Shown here: in pieces, positions 42,898-58,557 of the stretch
Position numbering within the stretch: the stretch's first letter is position 1
Layout: every line of letters begins with the position of its first letter
Assembly: GCA_951406725.2 (NCBI GenBank)
Contig: OX597833.1
Location: 69,750,001-69,814,000, forward strand
Length of the DNA stretch: 64,000 nt
Origin: Octopus vulgaris
Taxonomy: Eukaryota
Direction of reading: 5' to 3'
Made by a program: the position numbers and the translations under genes
Notes under the pieces: model-generated
The model's database searches: none
The model's input: only the letters and a program-made list of their open reading frames with translations
Told to the model about the DNA's origin: nothing

Positions 42898-42962
<65 letters not shown>

Positions 42963-42971
42963 ATTATATAT

Positions 42972-43010
<39 letters not shown>

Positions 43011-43021
43011 TATCTATATAC

Positions 43022-43087
<66 letters not shown>

Positions 43088-43586
43088 TCTGTGCGTGTTT
43101 GTGTGTGGAAGTGTGTGCGAGCGTATGTATGTGTGTGCGCACGTGATGTGTATGTGTGTTATTGTGTATATGTGTTAATGTGTATATGTATGGATACATA
43201 GATATATGCATATATATATATATGTAAAGAGACATAGCGGAAGCGAGACATATAGTGAGTGCATAGTGTATGTGTTGTGTGTATTGTATGCGTACGTATA
43301 CCTACGGATAAGATTGTTTGAGTATTTCAAACGAAAAAGATTCGAAGTCGCGGCCAAGTTTTTAAGACATATATTTTTAATCCATAATCACACAAACTCT
43401 CAAACAGACACACTCACACACACACACACACACACACACAGAACCATCTATAAATTACACAAATATGTATAATACGGTGTATATATATGGAAGTATACTC
43501 ATACATGTATACACGCATTATATAAGCATGTATGTGTATATCCATGCAATAATTGGATGTACATACATGTTTATATATATATATAC

Positions 43587-43689
<103 letters not shown>

Positions 43690-44599
43690 TATACATATAT
43701 GTTTATATATATACATCCATACTTACACCCGTGCGTGTGTTCATCTGTTCAATCTCTCTTTGATTTAATATTGCACGTAAATCATTTTTATTCGTTGCCC
43801 TTTCATATCGGGTTACACGCGCCCGTTTCAGCAACATGCACTGTGAAAATCCGATTCAATTCCGCAATGTTAAAATAGACGGTAGAGGAATTGTTGAACA
43901 ACGTTCGTGTTTTTCAGACAACTCGTTGACGAGATTGGTCAGGAGAACGATAAGATAAATCGGTTTGAAAATTTGTTGGACCAATGAAAATTCTGGATAT
44001 CTATAAAAAAAAAAGGGGGACATCAAAGAATATTCAAAGATATACAGGACCAATGAAAATTCATGGATATGCTTATGTCGAATTCTCAGGAAAATTAGCA
44101 TAATCTAGATATTAGTCATTGATTTTTGATTTTTAATCCAATATACGTTAATGTCGATACTGTGAGGAGTCTGTGACAATGGTGGAGAGAGTTTTCACAC
44201 AGACACAAAAACAATTACGCACGCATATCTAAGCACATGCGTTATATATATATATGTGTGTGAGTGAATGTGTGTAATCACACACATACACACACATATA
44301 CATAGATATATGCGTGAGGAATATATATTTTAAAATTATATATATATAATATGGTTAGACCCCCAACTATGTATGTGTATGTTAGCATATTTATGCACAC
44401 ACAAATATGTATGTGTCTATGTATATATGCGTGTGTGTGTATGTTTATGTGTATGTATATATAGATATATGTATAGCTATGTATAAACATGTATGTATAT
44501 ATATAAATTGATATAGATATATAGATATATCTATTCATACGCGCGAGCGCACGCACACACACAACACACACACACACACACACGCATATATATATATAT

Positions 44600-44816
44600 A
44601 TTTTAAATCCTCGAGTATAGTCCGCCCTTCAGTATAATACGTAAGGACGAAAATATACCTTGAATAAATAACAAACCTCGCCTACAATAGACAAAATATA
44701 GACAGACATATAAATACAAAATATTATAAAATATATATTAGGAATTTTTAAATATATATAAATTATTTTATATAAATTGTGGGGAAAATGCGGATTATAC
44801 TCAAGGATTTACGGTA
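44600..44816. mobile_element. Tc2/pogo-like MITE
   Basis: TIRs taaatcctcgagtatagtccgc / gcggattatactcaaggatttacgg-ta. Confidence 0.7.
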
Positions 44817-45057
44817 TATATATATATGTGTGTGTGTTAGGGTTTTTATCTCCAAACTTACAGGGAGAATTCAATTTAGTATTAAATCAAATTTCACAAT
44901 ATAAATATATAATATATATAAATTAAAGAAAACCACTATTATGTAATTCAAACAATGTTAGACATAAACCATATCATATGGATATAATAAATATATTATA
45001 AAGCATATATCTAGATCACAAAAAGTACAAAGAAATGAATAAACATTTATTATACAA

Positions 45058-45159
45058 GACTACGTACGTTTCGTGGTTATTACTTCACTTCGAATTACAA
45101 TTAAATTTAAATTTAATCCAAAAACAATTCAATTTAAAAGTATAGTCACTCCTCAGGTC
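45058..45159 (-). ncRNA. Minimal hammerhead motif, intact core, long AU-rich stem II, in an AT-rich repeat at ~44837-45420
   Basis: GAC-CUGAGGA-GUG..CAC-GAAAC-GUAC-GUA-GUC. Confidence 0.75.
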
Positions 45160-45427
45160 AACAATAATAACAATGATAGTTAAATAAATACATACATATT
45201 TTAAATAAATAATTAAATAGAATTAAACATTATTTCTTAAATAAATAAAAACATGATTTTTTCTCATAGAAGAAACTAAATTTGAAACTTAAAAAGGAGG
45301 ACCAGGTGTCTATAATACATTTTCACGTTAAAAACCTAAGGCAAAAATAGAGAAAAATAGATAGAAAAAACGTAGTTTATCTGTGTAGATGTATTTTAGC
45401 TTTAAGAATAATATTAACAAACTCTCG

Positions 45428-45665
45428 TACAAGTTACGCACTGGGGTCGATATAATCGACTTAATTCGTTTGTCTGTCTTTGTTTGTCCCCTTTGTGTGT
45501 AGCCCCTTGTGGGCAGTAAAGAAATAAGAAACGTTAGCACGTCAAGCGAAATGCTTAGCGTTATTTCGCCTGTCTTTATGTTCTGAGTTCAAATTCCGCC
45601 AGGGTAGATCTTATCGACTGACCCTCTCCCCGAAAATTTTGGAGTCTTATGCCTAGTTTAGAAAA
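45428..45665 (+). mobile_element. Family B SINE tail joined to a second, head-truncated copy
   Basis: ..gggcagtaaagaaataag|aaacgttagcacg.. Confidence 0.8.
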
Positions 45666-46163
45666 GAATAATTGATCTCCTGGCCCCAGTAAATGCCCGG
45701 TACTTATTGACTCGAATCCGTTGGAATTATAAACCAAAAACAAAAGTTGCGGATTCTATCAAGATCTTAATAATTTAAAATATATCGTAATAAAAAAAAG
45801 GGAATAATGAATTATCCAAGTCGTTTATCGTTTTTTTTTTTTCTTCTTCTCTGCTGTCGTAAATTGCAGTGCGTTATATACGGTTATCGTATTAAGAAAA
45901 CCGCAAATATGTCCTTAAATTCGTATGGTTTTCCATGAATAGGAAATAATAAAGCTGATTGTATTCATTTTGAATCCCCTACGGTAATACATAGCTTGGT
46001 TATATGGCAATTTAGGGCAGAAGTAACAGAGAAACGAAAATAAAATTAATGTGAGGAATTGGAATTATATCAAGTATTATATTTATGGACGGCTCCTTCC
46101 AGCGATATTGTCATTTTTGCATCAGAATATATACATTGATACGTATACACATATATATACATA

Positions 46164-46227
<64 letters not shown>

Positions 46228-46323
46228 CGTGTGTGTGTGACAGTGATAGGTAGAGAGATAGATAAATCTATAAACACCGACACATACGTGTGTCATAAGG
46301 TGATCATTATTGATTTTCATTTC

Positions 46324-46399
<76 letters not shown>

Positions 46400-46475
46400 T
46401 GTTGCTGTTGTTTTTATTATTTTTATTATTATTATTATTATTATCATCATCATCATCATCATTAGTAGTAGTAGC

Positions 46476-46533
<58 letters not shown>

Positions 46534-46733
46534 TCCTCATCATCAGCATCATTATTCCTGTCAGTTTGGATGTTATAGTTGATATTTATTTCACATTCTT
46601 TTTTTTTTGTGTTTTTGCATTTATTTCCTTCTTGCCATTTTCCAAGATACTGTTTAACATTTCATTCTAGAAATATTATATTCGTATCAAACAAATAAAT
46701 GTAAAGTATTTCTGCTTCACTAGTATCGTTCAC

Positions 46734-46825
<92 letters not shown>

Positions 46826-48410
46826 CAATTGCCCTGTTTCGATTCAGAAAGAAATACATAATTTTGTAGGAATTACAACTTTCTTATTTGGCGCTCATAT
46901 CACACAATTCCATCTATAGGAGGGGTTCCCCACCCCACTCCGATTCCGTTTTTATACATACAAAAAATATTATATATTATTTTTTATATAATTATATATC
47001 TGTGTCCTGCGGCCATGCTGGGGCACCGCTTTGTCGTAAGAACATTTTTCTGTCGTAATTGCAACACGAAATATCTGTAAAGAACTGACCGTCCGATTGG
47101 TCATCACCATTTTAAAACAAGAACATCTGTCGTACTAACACGAAATCAAATATTCTTTTCACCATCCTACTATCAAATATTCTTTTTATTGTTTTATTCT
47201 TTTACTTGCCTCAGTTAATTGACTGTGGCCATGTCGCAGCACCGTCTTTTTTAGTCGACGAAATCGGACCATGGACTTATTCTAGTTTTTATGCTATCGG
47301 TCTCTTCGATAGCATAAGGTCTCTTTGGCCGAAGCTAAGTTACAGATATAATAAATCATGTCGATATTGGCTACAGAAGACAAAGACAATATACAACGAT
47401 ATATATATTATGATATAATTGATGATGATGATATATATGAGTGATGTTGATGTTCCACTTTTTCTATCATACTATTAAAAGCAACATATCCATTCCTATC
47501 AAACAAAATATAATCCTTACTGCCTGAAGTCGTTCGTCTCAGTAAAAAACTTATTGATTAAATACATATTTCAGCTTATTTTTTATTGGGTGATAATTTC
47601 GTCCTACAATAAATTAACTGTTTTCTATATTCACATCATGCTGTTTGCACAAATTATTTTTAGATCATTGCATGGAAAAAAGGTCGTAAAAATAAAGATT
47701 AAATTTACAGTTTCCTGAAAATAAATCACAAAATGTATTTCAACGTTCGAGTAATAACCACATAATATAATATGTGTCTGGTAATAATTTAAATGTTACT
47801 GTATTAAAACATATAATGTTTTTATGGAAAGGAGATATTGCGAATGACCGCCCTGCTTGAAGTAGTTTTCTAGGTTTATGTAAAAATTTCGGTTTGTGTT
47901 TGTCTTTTGTTTTTGCAATGAAATTTATGAAATATTCAATAAATGCAAGGCAAATATATTTTATTGTTTCAACTGTCTTTGTTTACAATTAGAAGTGTGT
48001 ATTTATATATAGACACGGTTGTAATAGATTATCTAGAAGCCAGTCGTATTATATATTAATAAATATATATATAATATATAAATAATTATACGATGATTAA
48101 CTATGTGTGATGTTGTTAATTTTAACGTGTTGTATGTTGAGGAATAATAATTGTTTCAAATATCGATCTAAAAAGATGAAAGACAAAATTCGATCGCGTT
48201 GGAAGTCGAACCTCAGAAAGCAACGAAAGGGAATATTTGCCGCTGAGTATTTTGTCCGAAAAGGGGTACCCTGATAATGTCGATTAATAACAGAAGTGAA
48301 ATACAACCAATGCGTGTGTATCTTATTGGCTAAATGATATTCCCAATAGACAGAACACGTGTTGCAACATACGTTTCAGCATCATAAATATTTTGAAATA
48401 TAAATACAAT

Positions 48411-48811
48411 AGGCGCAGGCGTGGCTATATGGTAAGGAGCTTGCTTCCCAATCACTTGATTCTAGGGTCAGTCCCACTGCGAGGCACCTTGGGCAACTGC
48501 CTTCTGCTATAGCCTCGGGGAGCTGGCAGAAACGTTAGCACGCTGGGCGAAATGCGAAGCCGTATTTCGTCTGCCGTTACGTTCTGGGTTCAAATTCCGC
48601 CGAGGCTGACTTTGCCTTTCATCCTTTCGGGGTCGATAAATTAAGTACCAGTTACGCACTGGGGTCGATGTAATCGACTTAATCCCTTTGTCTGTCCTTC
48701 ATTGTCTCCTCTGTGTTTAGCCCCTTGTGGGAGGGTAAAGAAATATATAGCCTCGGGATGACCAAAACCTTGTGAGTAGATTTCGAAGACGGAAACTGAA
48801 AGAAGCCTGTC

Positions 48812-48815
<4 letters not shown>
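48411..48815 (+). mobile_element. Family A SINE interrupted by a family B SINE (48520-48745) with a 12-bp TSD
   Basis: tatagcctcggg at 48508-48519 and 48746-48757. Confidence 0.92.
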
Positions 48816-48860
<45 letters not shown>

Positions 48861-49177
48861 CGTGTGTGTGTGTGTTTGTGTTTGTGTGTGTGTGTGTGTG
48901 TGTTTTGGTATGTGGGTTTTATATATTAATGTATGTATAATTAATATTTGTTCGTGTTCTTAAAAATACATGAATAAATCACTTACAAAGACACTATATC
49001 AATTATATACTAAACAAGTATAAAAGAATATAAAATAATCGATTACTTTAGTGTTATCAAAAATGAGAACGACTTCGCCTTTCATCAAATCAGGACCGAT
49101 AAAATACATCTGCCGACAATGGAACTTTCAAATACATCTGACAAACAACATGAATGCGGCTGTCGTGCATTTCACAG

Positions 49178-49261
<84 letters not shown>

Positions 49262-49560
49262 ACACACTAACATATACACATTGAATCAATAAGGAACCAT
49301 CTCGAAGGGATTTAAGTCGAAAATATCGACACCAGTATTTCATTTTTCAGTGGTAGGTATTTTATCGACATATATAGTCTTTCTTTCATCCATTAAAACA
49401 CTAAGTTACGCTTCCTGACACAAAGCCGGTTATAAATGGGTGTCATTATCAAGTACACTTACAGACACTAACAACTCTATATATACACGCATACATATAT
49501 ATATAGTATATAAGCAAATCTGTGTATGCATATATATGAGTGTGTATGTATATGGACATT

Positions 49561-49626
<66 letters not shown>

Positions 49627-49727
49627 GTATGTATGTATAATTTTTTAATGTGCACGAATAACAAGGAAAACTAACTAAATAGTTACCATGATTTGAACAA
49701 CACCTGCGTCTGACTGTTTCTTAATTT

Positions 49728-49857
<130 letters not shown>

Positions 49858-49883
49858 ATAAGGGTGAAAAGGAACACACGAGT

Positions 49884-49919
<36 letters not shown>

Positions 49920-50081
49920 CTTTTATGCAATAATTTTGTAAGATGTCTGATGTGAAACCGTGTATTGAAGCGGATATTTTATAGTTCGGGATGGTCATTT
50001 CTTTTTATTTTTATGTTTACCAAATAAACACACGCACTATATATTTGCCTGTCTAGACATGCGCATATATACTTAAGCTTC

Positions 50082-50260
50082 CGGATTTTTACAGTTCCAG
50101 TGATACCTTGCGTTCTTTGTGGTTCTGAGAAGCCTAATTTCTCAAGATTGGTATTTAGCCAGTGTGTTACATATACAATAATTACAGTTATAAACCTGAA
50201 CTAGTAATCTGGATAGAGAACTTGCAGTTCCTCCCCAATCCAACTGTTTCGTCAATGTCT
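50082..50260 (-). mobile_element. Second, short R4/Dong-like fragment
   Basis: ttctgagaagcctaatttctcaagatt and aaacctgaac...atctggatagag shared with 18940-19110. Confidence 0.75.
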
Positions 50261-51159
50261 CGTAATGGCTATTACCTTATATATATGTGTGTGTGGGCGA
50301 TATATATATATGATTATTTTGTTTGTGACTGTGGTGAAATGCATAATTTAAAATGTATTCATGTGTGTGTGTGTCTTGGGCGGGTTGGTTACAATATCGA
50401 GTTCAATCCAATGCCGCAGCACTGCTAACAACAGATTCCCCAATCGTGTTACGTCTCAACAATGACGCAACCCGGAAATACATGAATGGAAATGAAGGCA
50501 ACCAACTCGTGGCCATTTACCTGCTTGCACGTTACTCAGAACAACCTTAGCGGTGGTAAATTTCGTTGAGTACTCATAAAATCTATTCGGTTATTAACAT
50601 TAACTATCTCAGAATATTTGCATTAGAGTTTTACAAATCATTGTTTAATTTCATTGCTGTTTTTCTTTAATTAATTACAATACTTGCAACATCCCATTTT
50701 TAATTAAACACGTAGCTGAAGAGAAGATAATTATAAAAAAGAGTTCTTTCTCCGAGTTTTACAAGCTTTTAACAAAATATATGGCCATCTCTGTATAAAT
50801 TTAGTGCATTAAGATTTTAACTTATCCGTCGTCTGCAAATATTTGGTAACTCTATTTTGAATATGTAGATATTTAACAAATTTTAATGTTTTTATCCTTT
50901 CCTAGTTACAGCCATACTGGAATATAATTTTCGAAAGTTAAGTAGATTACAACACTTGAAATGGCTATTTAACACTGATAAATGATATAATATAGACAGA
51001 AAAATAAAAGAAACTATATCGAATGGGATATTTACAAATTTTAAAACAATAACAAATATTCTAATTCATTACATGAAAGCAAGAACTTACATTAACATAA
51101 ACATCCACACATACTCAGACACACACTAACCTAATTGCACGCGCGCGTGTATGTGTACG

Positions 51160-51196
<37 letters not shown>

Positions 51197-51275
51197 CTAT
51201 TTGGATATATATATATATTTGTATGTGCGTATAAAAGATGCAATATATGTATGTATAAGAGATATAATATATATA

Positions 51276-51311
<36 letters not shown>

Positions 51312-51430
51312 TATATATGTATATATATATATATTATATATATATGGAATATATATATATCTATGTATAACAGATTTGTAATCTCATGTATTATAAAATT
51401 CACTGTGCGTTTGTATGCGTGTGTTTCTGT

Positions 51431-51730
51431 GAGCTTAGAGCTACGGCCATACTGATACACCGCCGTTTTGTGCAACACAGTTATTGGCATGAAGGAACCT
51501 TTAATATTCACTTGGTGGATGGGTTCTAGGGAGATCACTCTCATTTGCACCTCTTCCCGTACAGAATGTTGTAGGTTCATCTGGGACTCTTCGACGATGT
51601 CCAGCTTTGATTTAAAAACTGCTACATCTACTTTGTGCAAGTTCCTCAGACTCTTTGGGAGAATATTAAAAAGCTGTGGGCCCTTGAAACCCAGGCTGTT
51701 GCAGAAGCTGGTCCTGAAGCGTGATGGCAC
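51431..51730 (-). mobile_element. CR1/L2-group LINE 3' fragment, copy 1 (patchy)
   Basis: [26 protein letters not shown]; partly identical to 52205-52535. Confidence 0.75.
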
Positions 51731-52095
51731 TTTTATTATTTCCCTTTCGTGTCAGATCATTCTCTTTTGGTGCCTTATATATATATGTATGTGTGTATGT
51801 ATGAGTATGTATACACAGTGATAAGACACAATACTACATACATATACACACACACACACACACACATGAAAGTATAATATATATATATATATATATATAT
51901 GACACAGGTGCCAGACGTGGCCGTTCGCCAGCCTCGTCCAGATACAATATAAAGAACAATATAAAGCAAGGAGGATTGTAGGATACCGAAGGCGAGAGTA
52001 TCGAGAGAGAAAGGAGATGAGACTTACTCAAGATCAGCAAACAGATGCTCTAGCACATTAAATGGAGTTTCAAGAGAAAAGGGAAATATATATAT

Positions 52096-52535
<440 letters not shown>

Positions 52536-52631
52536 GTGTCTGGGGAGTGTCATTCTCTTTTGGTGCCTTATATATATATGTATGTGTGTATGTATGAGTA
52601 TGTATACACACACTCACACACACAATACACA

Positions 52632-52696
<65 letters not shown>

Positions 52697-52698
<2 letters not shown>

Positions 52699-52932
52699 CA
52701 CAGGTGCCAGACGAGGCGTGGCCGTTCGCCAGCCTCGTCTGGCACCTGTGTCGGTGGCACATAAAAGCACCCACTACACCTACGGAGTGGTTGGCGTTAG
52801 GAAGGGCATCAAGCTGTAGAAACACTGCCAGATCTGACTGGCCTGGTGCAGCCTTCGGGCTTCCCAGACCCCAATTGAACCGTCCAACCCATGCTAGCAT
52901 GGAAAGCGGACGTTAAACGATGATGATGATGA
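52697..52932 (+). mobile_element. RTE-related short non-autonomous element with (GAT)n tail and 5' hairpin
   Basis: ggttggcgttaggaagggcatc motif, aacccatgctagcatggaaa..cgttaaacgatgatgatg end. Confidence 0.7.
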
Positions 52933-53069
52933 TATATATATATATATATATTTTTTTTTTATTTACATTTATATACAAATACACAGACATAGACATACTG
53001 CTGTTTTTGCTGACACACAAACACAGACACAAATACACACACCACATGCACACACACACACACATACAC

Positions 53070-53362
<293 letters not shown>

Positions 53363-53880
53363 ACTTCATTAGTTTATCATCACCAACTGATGCTTTCAAC
53401 TGGAAACCCTTATTAATAATACTTGGATGGATATTTATATCCATAAAGGGAAGAGGAAAATAATTTTATATAAATTTTATATAATTTCCTCATTTAGAAT
53501 TTTAGATTTATAAAACCCACGCATTTAACTTAATAAATCTATTACTGAGTTGCCGGAATGCATACAAATTAATAGGAAGGCCTAGCAGCGATGGAATGTT
53601 TGTGGTAAGCTGACATACGAAACTAAAGGCCCAGCCAGCGTGTAATTCTTCGCAAACATGTACTACAAAAACAGAATATGTATGATAAAATACATATTGA
53701 TTTTCATATCACAATCAAGTCTGCGCTTTAGCACCTATCATCCTTTTCCAGCATACAGCAGCTGGTGGACCTCCTACGCAGCGATAGGAAGGAACTCTAC
53801 GTCTACATCGATTATTAAATCCTTTGTTTCACAACCTTTAACTTTCGGGGCTTCGAACCTCCGCACACTTCATACATACA

Positions 53881-53914
<34 letters not shown>

Positions 53915-53932
53915 CACATCTATATATATTAT

Positions 53933-53977
<45 letters not shown>

Positions 53978-54053
53978 ATATGTATGTATCTATACACACA
54001 TTTTAAAAAACACAACCGAAGCAGCTTCTAATGGCTTGATGACTTTATGATAC

Positions 54054-54123
<70 letters not shown>

Positions 54124-54129
54124 CAGAGT

Positions 54130-54511
54130 TTTATTCAATTCAAAACGTATCTGAGAGCTGAAGACCGAAGGTGCTGGCGGGGCAAGGTGAGTACATCGTC
54201 ATTGAAACCGCTCAAGACATGCTGGACTGTGCAAATCACGAGGCAGAAGTCATGAAGGCCGCCATTGCTGGTGATGAGATATGGGTTTATGGCCTATTAA
54301 ACGACGCTTTTGTTCATCTTACGTGTAAACAGAAATCCGACGTGCTCGAAAATAGACGCGTCTACTTTGGTCAGACCGGCGGGGGGAGGGGGGGCTGTGA
54401 CTGCCTACTGGCGCGGAAATTTTTGCGTATGAGCAGGAAAGCTGGTGTCACTTAAATGATTTAGTTATGTCGGATAAAGGAAAGTGCTGTACGTTTTGAA
54501 CGCACCTGGTA
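54130..54511 (+). mobile_element. Deleted mariner relic
   Basis: ETAQDMLDCAN..VMKAAIAGDEIWVYG (ITGDETWVY motif); ends in a TIR-like ttttgaacgcacctggta. Confidence 0.8.
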
Positions 54512-54721
54512 TATACATATGTACATACATACATATATACACAGACACATACACACATATACATATAGGTACATATATATTTATATATATATATATTTAT
54601 TTATATTTATATATATATATATATATTTATTTATATTTAAATACATGTATATATTATATATATATACATATATAATGTATCATTCATCCCCTCTGTGTTT
54701 AACCCCTTGTGGGTAGTAAAG

Positions 54722-54766
<45 letters not shown>

Positions 54767-55107
54767 AATATACATATATATTATATCATATATATGTATA
54801 CATATATATTATCAATTGTGGAAACATCTGTTGTTGGCAACAGAAGTGCTTCCATAGACACACACACACAACACACATGTACACACACACACAACACATG
54901 CACACATACACACACATGCACACACATGCATATCAATATACGGTTTCATGTACAATAGTACATGAAACCGTGTATAGTGTACATCATGCTTTTAGGTATG
55001 TATAATCATAAGGTAGCGTGTGTATATAAATATATGCGCACACAAGCTTGTATTTACGTCTGTGCATGTGCGCATGCGTATGTACATACGTAAGTTTGTG
55101 TTTATGC

Positions 55108-55226
<119 letters not shown>

Positions 55227-55789
55227 TGATACAAAGAGACTCTTCTTAATTGAAAGTAATTTGAGTATTTCCTTCCAGAATATCAATTTATTTGAGTGTT
55301 TTTATCATTAGTTTGTTTTATTATTTGTTTCTTAAGAGTTTTCTTTTAATATTTTATTTTCTCCATTAACATATTTGACTCGATGCCATGCTCTTCTCAA
55401 AAAGACATATATTACTAGAAATATTCCATTCTATAGGTTACATTTACCATAAATAATAACATACAAAAACAAAAAAAAACAAATAACGATTAACAAAAAC
55501 AAAACAATGATATTCCTTGCAAAATTCTGTTACAAAATTGTCACTAGTGTTAGGTTTATACATAAAAAATATCCGTGTTTATAGCAGGGACAAGTAGAAT
55601 CAATACCATATATGGAAGCGATCTGAGCAGATATATTTAAATGATATATTCTTGTGGTGGAATGTTTTGTTTCACTTTGTGTTCTATTTTGCTTCGTAAC
55701 CAATAATTTTTATGTGAATGTAAATATATAAACGACACAGTGTAGTGAGACTAATTCGCATGGCATGGCTGTATATATATATACAATAT

Positions 55790-55860
<71 letters not shown>

Positions 55861-55880
55861 TATATACATATATATATATT

Positions 55881-55922
<42 letters not shown>

Positions 55923-55957
55923 AATGTCTATGTGTGTGGGGGCGTTGTGTGTGTGTG

Positions 55958-55993
<36 letters not shown>

Positions 55994-56275
55994 TAAAATA
56001 TGTACACCTATATACACTCACAAAACACATTCACGCGTATATATACTATATACATATATACATATATATGTGTGTGTGTGTGTGTGTGTACAGACAGAGA
56101 CTGAGAGAGAGACGAAGTAAATATATATATATATATACTTACGTATGTATATATAATATTTCACCGTGGCGCCAGCAATAATGTGGTTGCATTAATCCGC
56201 AACAAGTCAAACATCTCCTCATGAATCTATATAGTTTCTGTCGTATTGAAGAAGAATAGATAAATTAATAAATAT

Positions 56276-56324
<49 letters not shown>

Positions 56325-56487
56325 CAGACACACAGACACGCACGCACATATGAAGGCATGTACGTATGTACTTAAATATATATCTGCGTTTGAAACTTTG
56401 TTGAGATATTAACTCTCCAGCATTCTCCCAGTGAATAAGCTTCCCGTGATAATGCGCATGTAGATTAAAGAGGTAGAGGTAACATAC

Positions 56488-56695
56488 CGTGCTTTGCTAT
56501 AGTGACTCAGATGATTGTGATCTTCGAGGTTTTCTCCGAAAATCTCAAAATTTTTGAGGAACTTCCATGGAATCTGTGTAGTTTCATTCATTTTTTTTTT
56601 TTAATATTTTCTTTTTTTTTTTCATTTGATTCGACATTTCGCCCGACTTTACGTCTTCGGTTCATACTTCGCCGAAGACGACTTGAACGCTTATC
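56488..56695 (-). CDS. Candidate exon 2 (needs +1 base in a homopolymer run)
   Basis: DKRSSRLRRSMNRRRKVGRNVESNEKKKENIKKK/MNETTQIPWKFLKNFEIFGENLEDHNHLSHYSKAR; CG|GTATGT donor, phase 2 matches exon 3. Confidence 0.4.
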
Positions 56696-56809
56696 CTTTC
56701 GAAGTGAATAAAACAACTACCAATCAGGGACTGGGATCTATTTAATTGACCTCTTCCCCCACCAATCAGCTACTGACTCTTTGCCCAAATTTGAAACTAT
56801 TATTATTGT

Positions 56810-57015
56810 TCAGTTCTATATTTAAGAGATGAGGAATTATTTACATTATTTACATTATTTACATTATTTACAATTTACGGATATTTGTCCTCGGCTTGTT
56901 TGTTGTTAATGCAACGATTCGGCTGATATACTCTCCAGCCCTCATCAAATGTCTTGGAGAAATTTAGAACATGGGTTCTCATTCCTAAGGTATTTTTCGA
57001 TATTATTATTATTAT

Positions 57016-57063
<48 letters not shown>

Positions 57064-57070
57064 CAGTAGT

Positions 57071-57127
<57 letters not shown>

Positions 57128-57155
57128 TGTAATAATAATAATAACAATAACAATT

Positions 57156-57224
<69 letters not shown>

Positions 57225-57343
57225 TTCAGCTCACTACTTGGAATCGAACTCAGAATCTTGGGGTTAGTAGCCCGCGCTCTTAACCACTATGCCATATGCC
57301 CGTGGGCACATATATCCGTCAAATGTAAATAATGTAAATAATT
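56810..57343 (-). mobile_element. tRNA-headed element with decayed hammerhead and inverted tail copy
   Basis: A box TGGCATAGTGG and B box GTTCGATTCC at 57227-57301; (CTA/AAT)n spacer; hammerhead remnant 56909-56952; (GTAAATAAT)n tail. Confidence 0.7.
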
Positions 57344-58260
57344 ATTATTGTTATTAGTATTTTGTGAGAACAAGATAGAACAGCGTCTGTATCCCGATTT
57401 TAAGTTTTTCTTGGAGGAAGGATAGCGTAAAGGAGATTGTTTCCCGGAGACCAGAGTTCAGAATCCTCTAAACTCATAAAGTAGTCACGTGAGGTAACAG
57501 CAGATCGAATGTAAAATTTCATTGTGTTTCAAAGAAACATATATTTATGGGTCTCAAGGTACATATTTACAGGTAGGTGAGCTGGCTTAACGCCTTTTAA
57601 ATGACGATGACTTTGAAGATCGCCATGCTTCGACGACTGAGAGGATACGAATTAACGATCTTTAACATGGACAATGCGGTGCCGCAGCGAAACAATCGTT
57701 TATGTCACTACAATTCTGATATCATACGAAGGTTATAATATTCAATGCCAACAGAGATATTTCTAAGGTTTCCATGCAAAGCTATTGTCTATCTTATGTG
57801 AAATGTAATGTTTGACATTCTGTGATGAAATTATAACTTCATGGAATGGTGAGTATGCGTTGAACAGAATCGATAAAAGAGAAATAAGTTGTAGTGAAAC
57901 CGAATGGCCAAAATCAGTATGAAATCCGCCTATACCCTTCACTCTCTCTCCCTCCCTTTCTCCTTCTATCCCTCTCTATTTCTCTCTCTCTCTGTTGCTC
58001 TCTCTCCGTATATATATAATCATATATATATATATGTATGTGTGTGTATGTATAATCATATATATATATATATATGTGTCTGTATGTCTGTGTGCGCATG
58101 TGAGTGCATATATGTATACATATACATGCGTATGTGTGTGTGTTTGTGTGTGTGTGTGTTTGTGTGTGTGTATAAATACTTGTACAAAAATGTACAAAAA
58201 AAGAAAGACATGTGGCATAAAGACAAAGTGAATAGGTTTGATGCCCAGAAAAATGGAAGA

Positions 58261-58296
58261 GTTTAACGTTTCGGGCCTACGCTCTACTGCAGAGAG
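58261..58296 (-). repeat. Dead hammerhead remnant of the 25623/41055 family
   Basis: gagcgtaggcccgaaacgtta retained; core mutated to cugcagu. Confidence 0.5.
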
Positions 58297-58557
58297 AAAT
58301 GAAGAGCGAGAACAAAAGGAGATAAAAAAAAACGTTACTACATACAGGAATGATATACATACACAAACACAAACACGCGTGTGTGTTTGTGTATTAGAAG
58401 CCAAAAATAAGAAAATGGAAACATTATCACAGACCATAGGGATTAATTATTTTTTACATTTTTATCAAAATATGGGACCGATTCTAATTGTTTTGTAACA
58501 TGTTTTATTAATACCGAAAGACAATTGAAGTCGAGATTTTAATAAAAAGGGGTTAAC

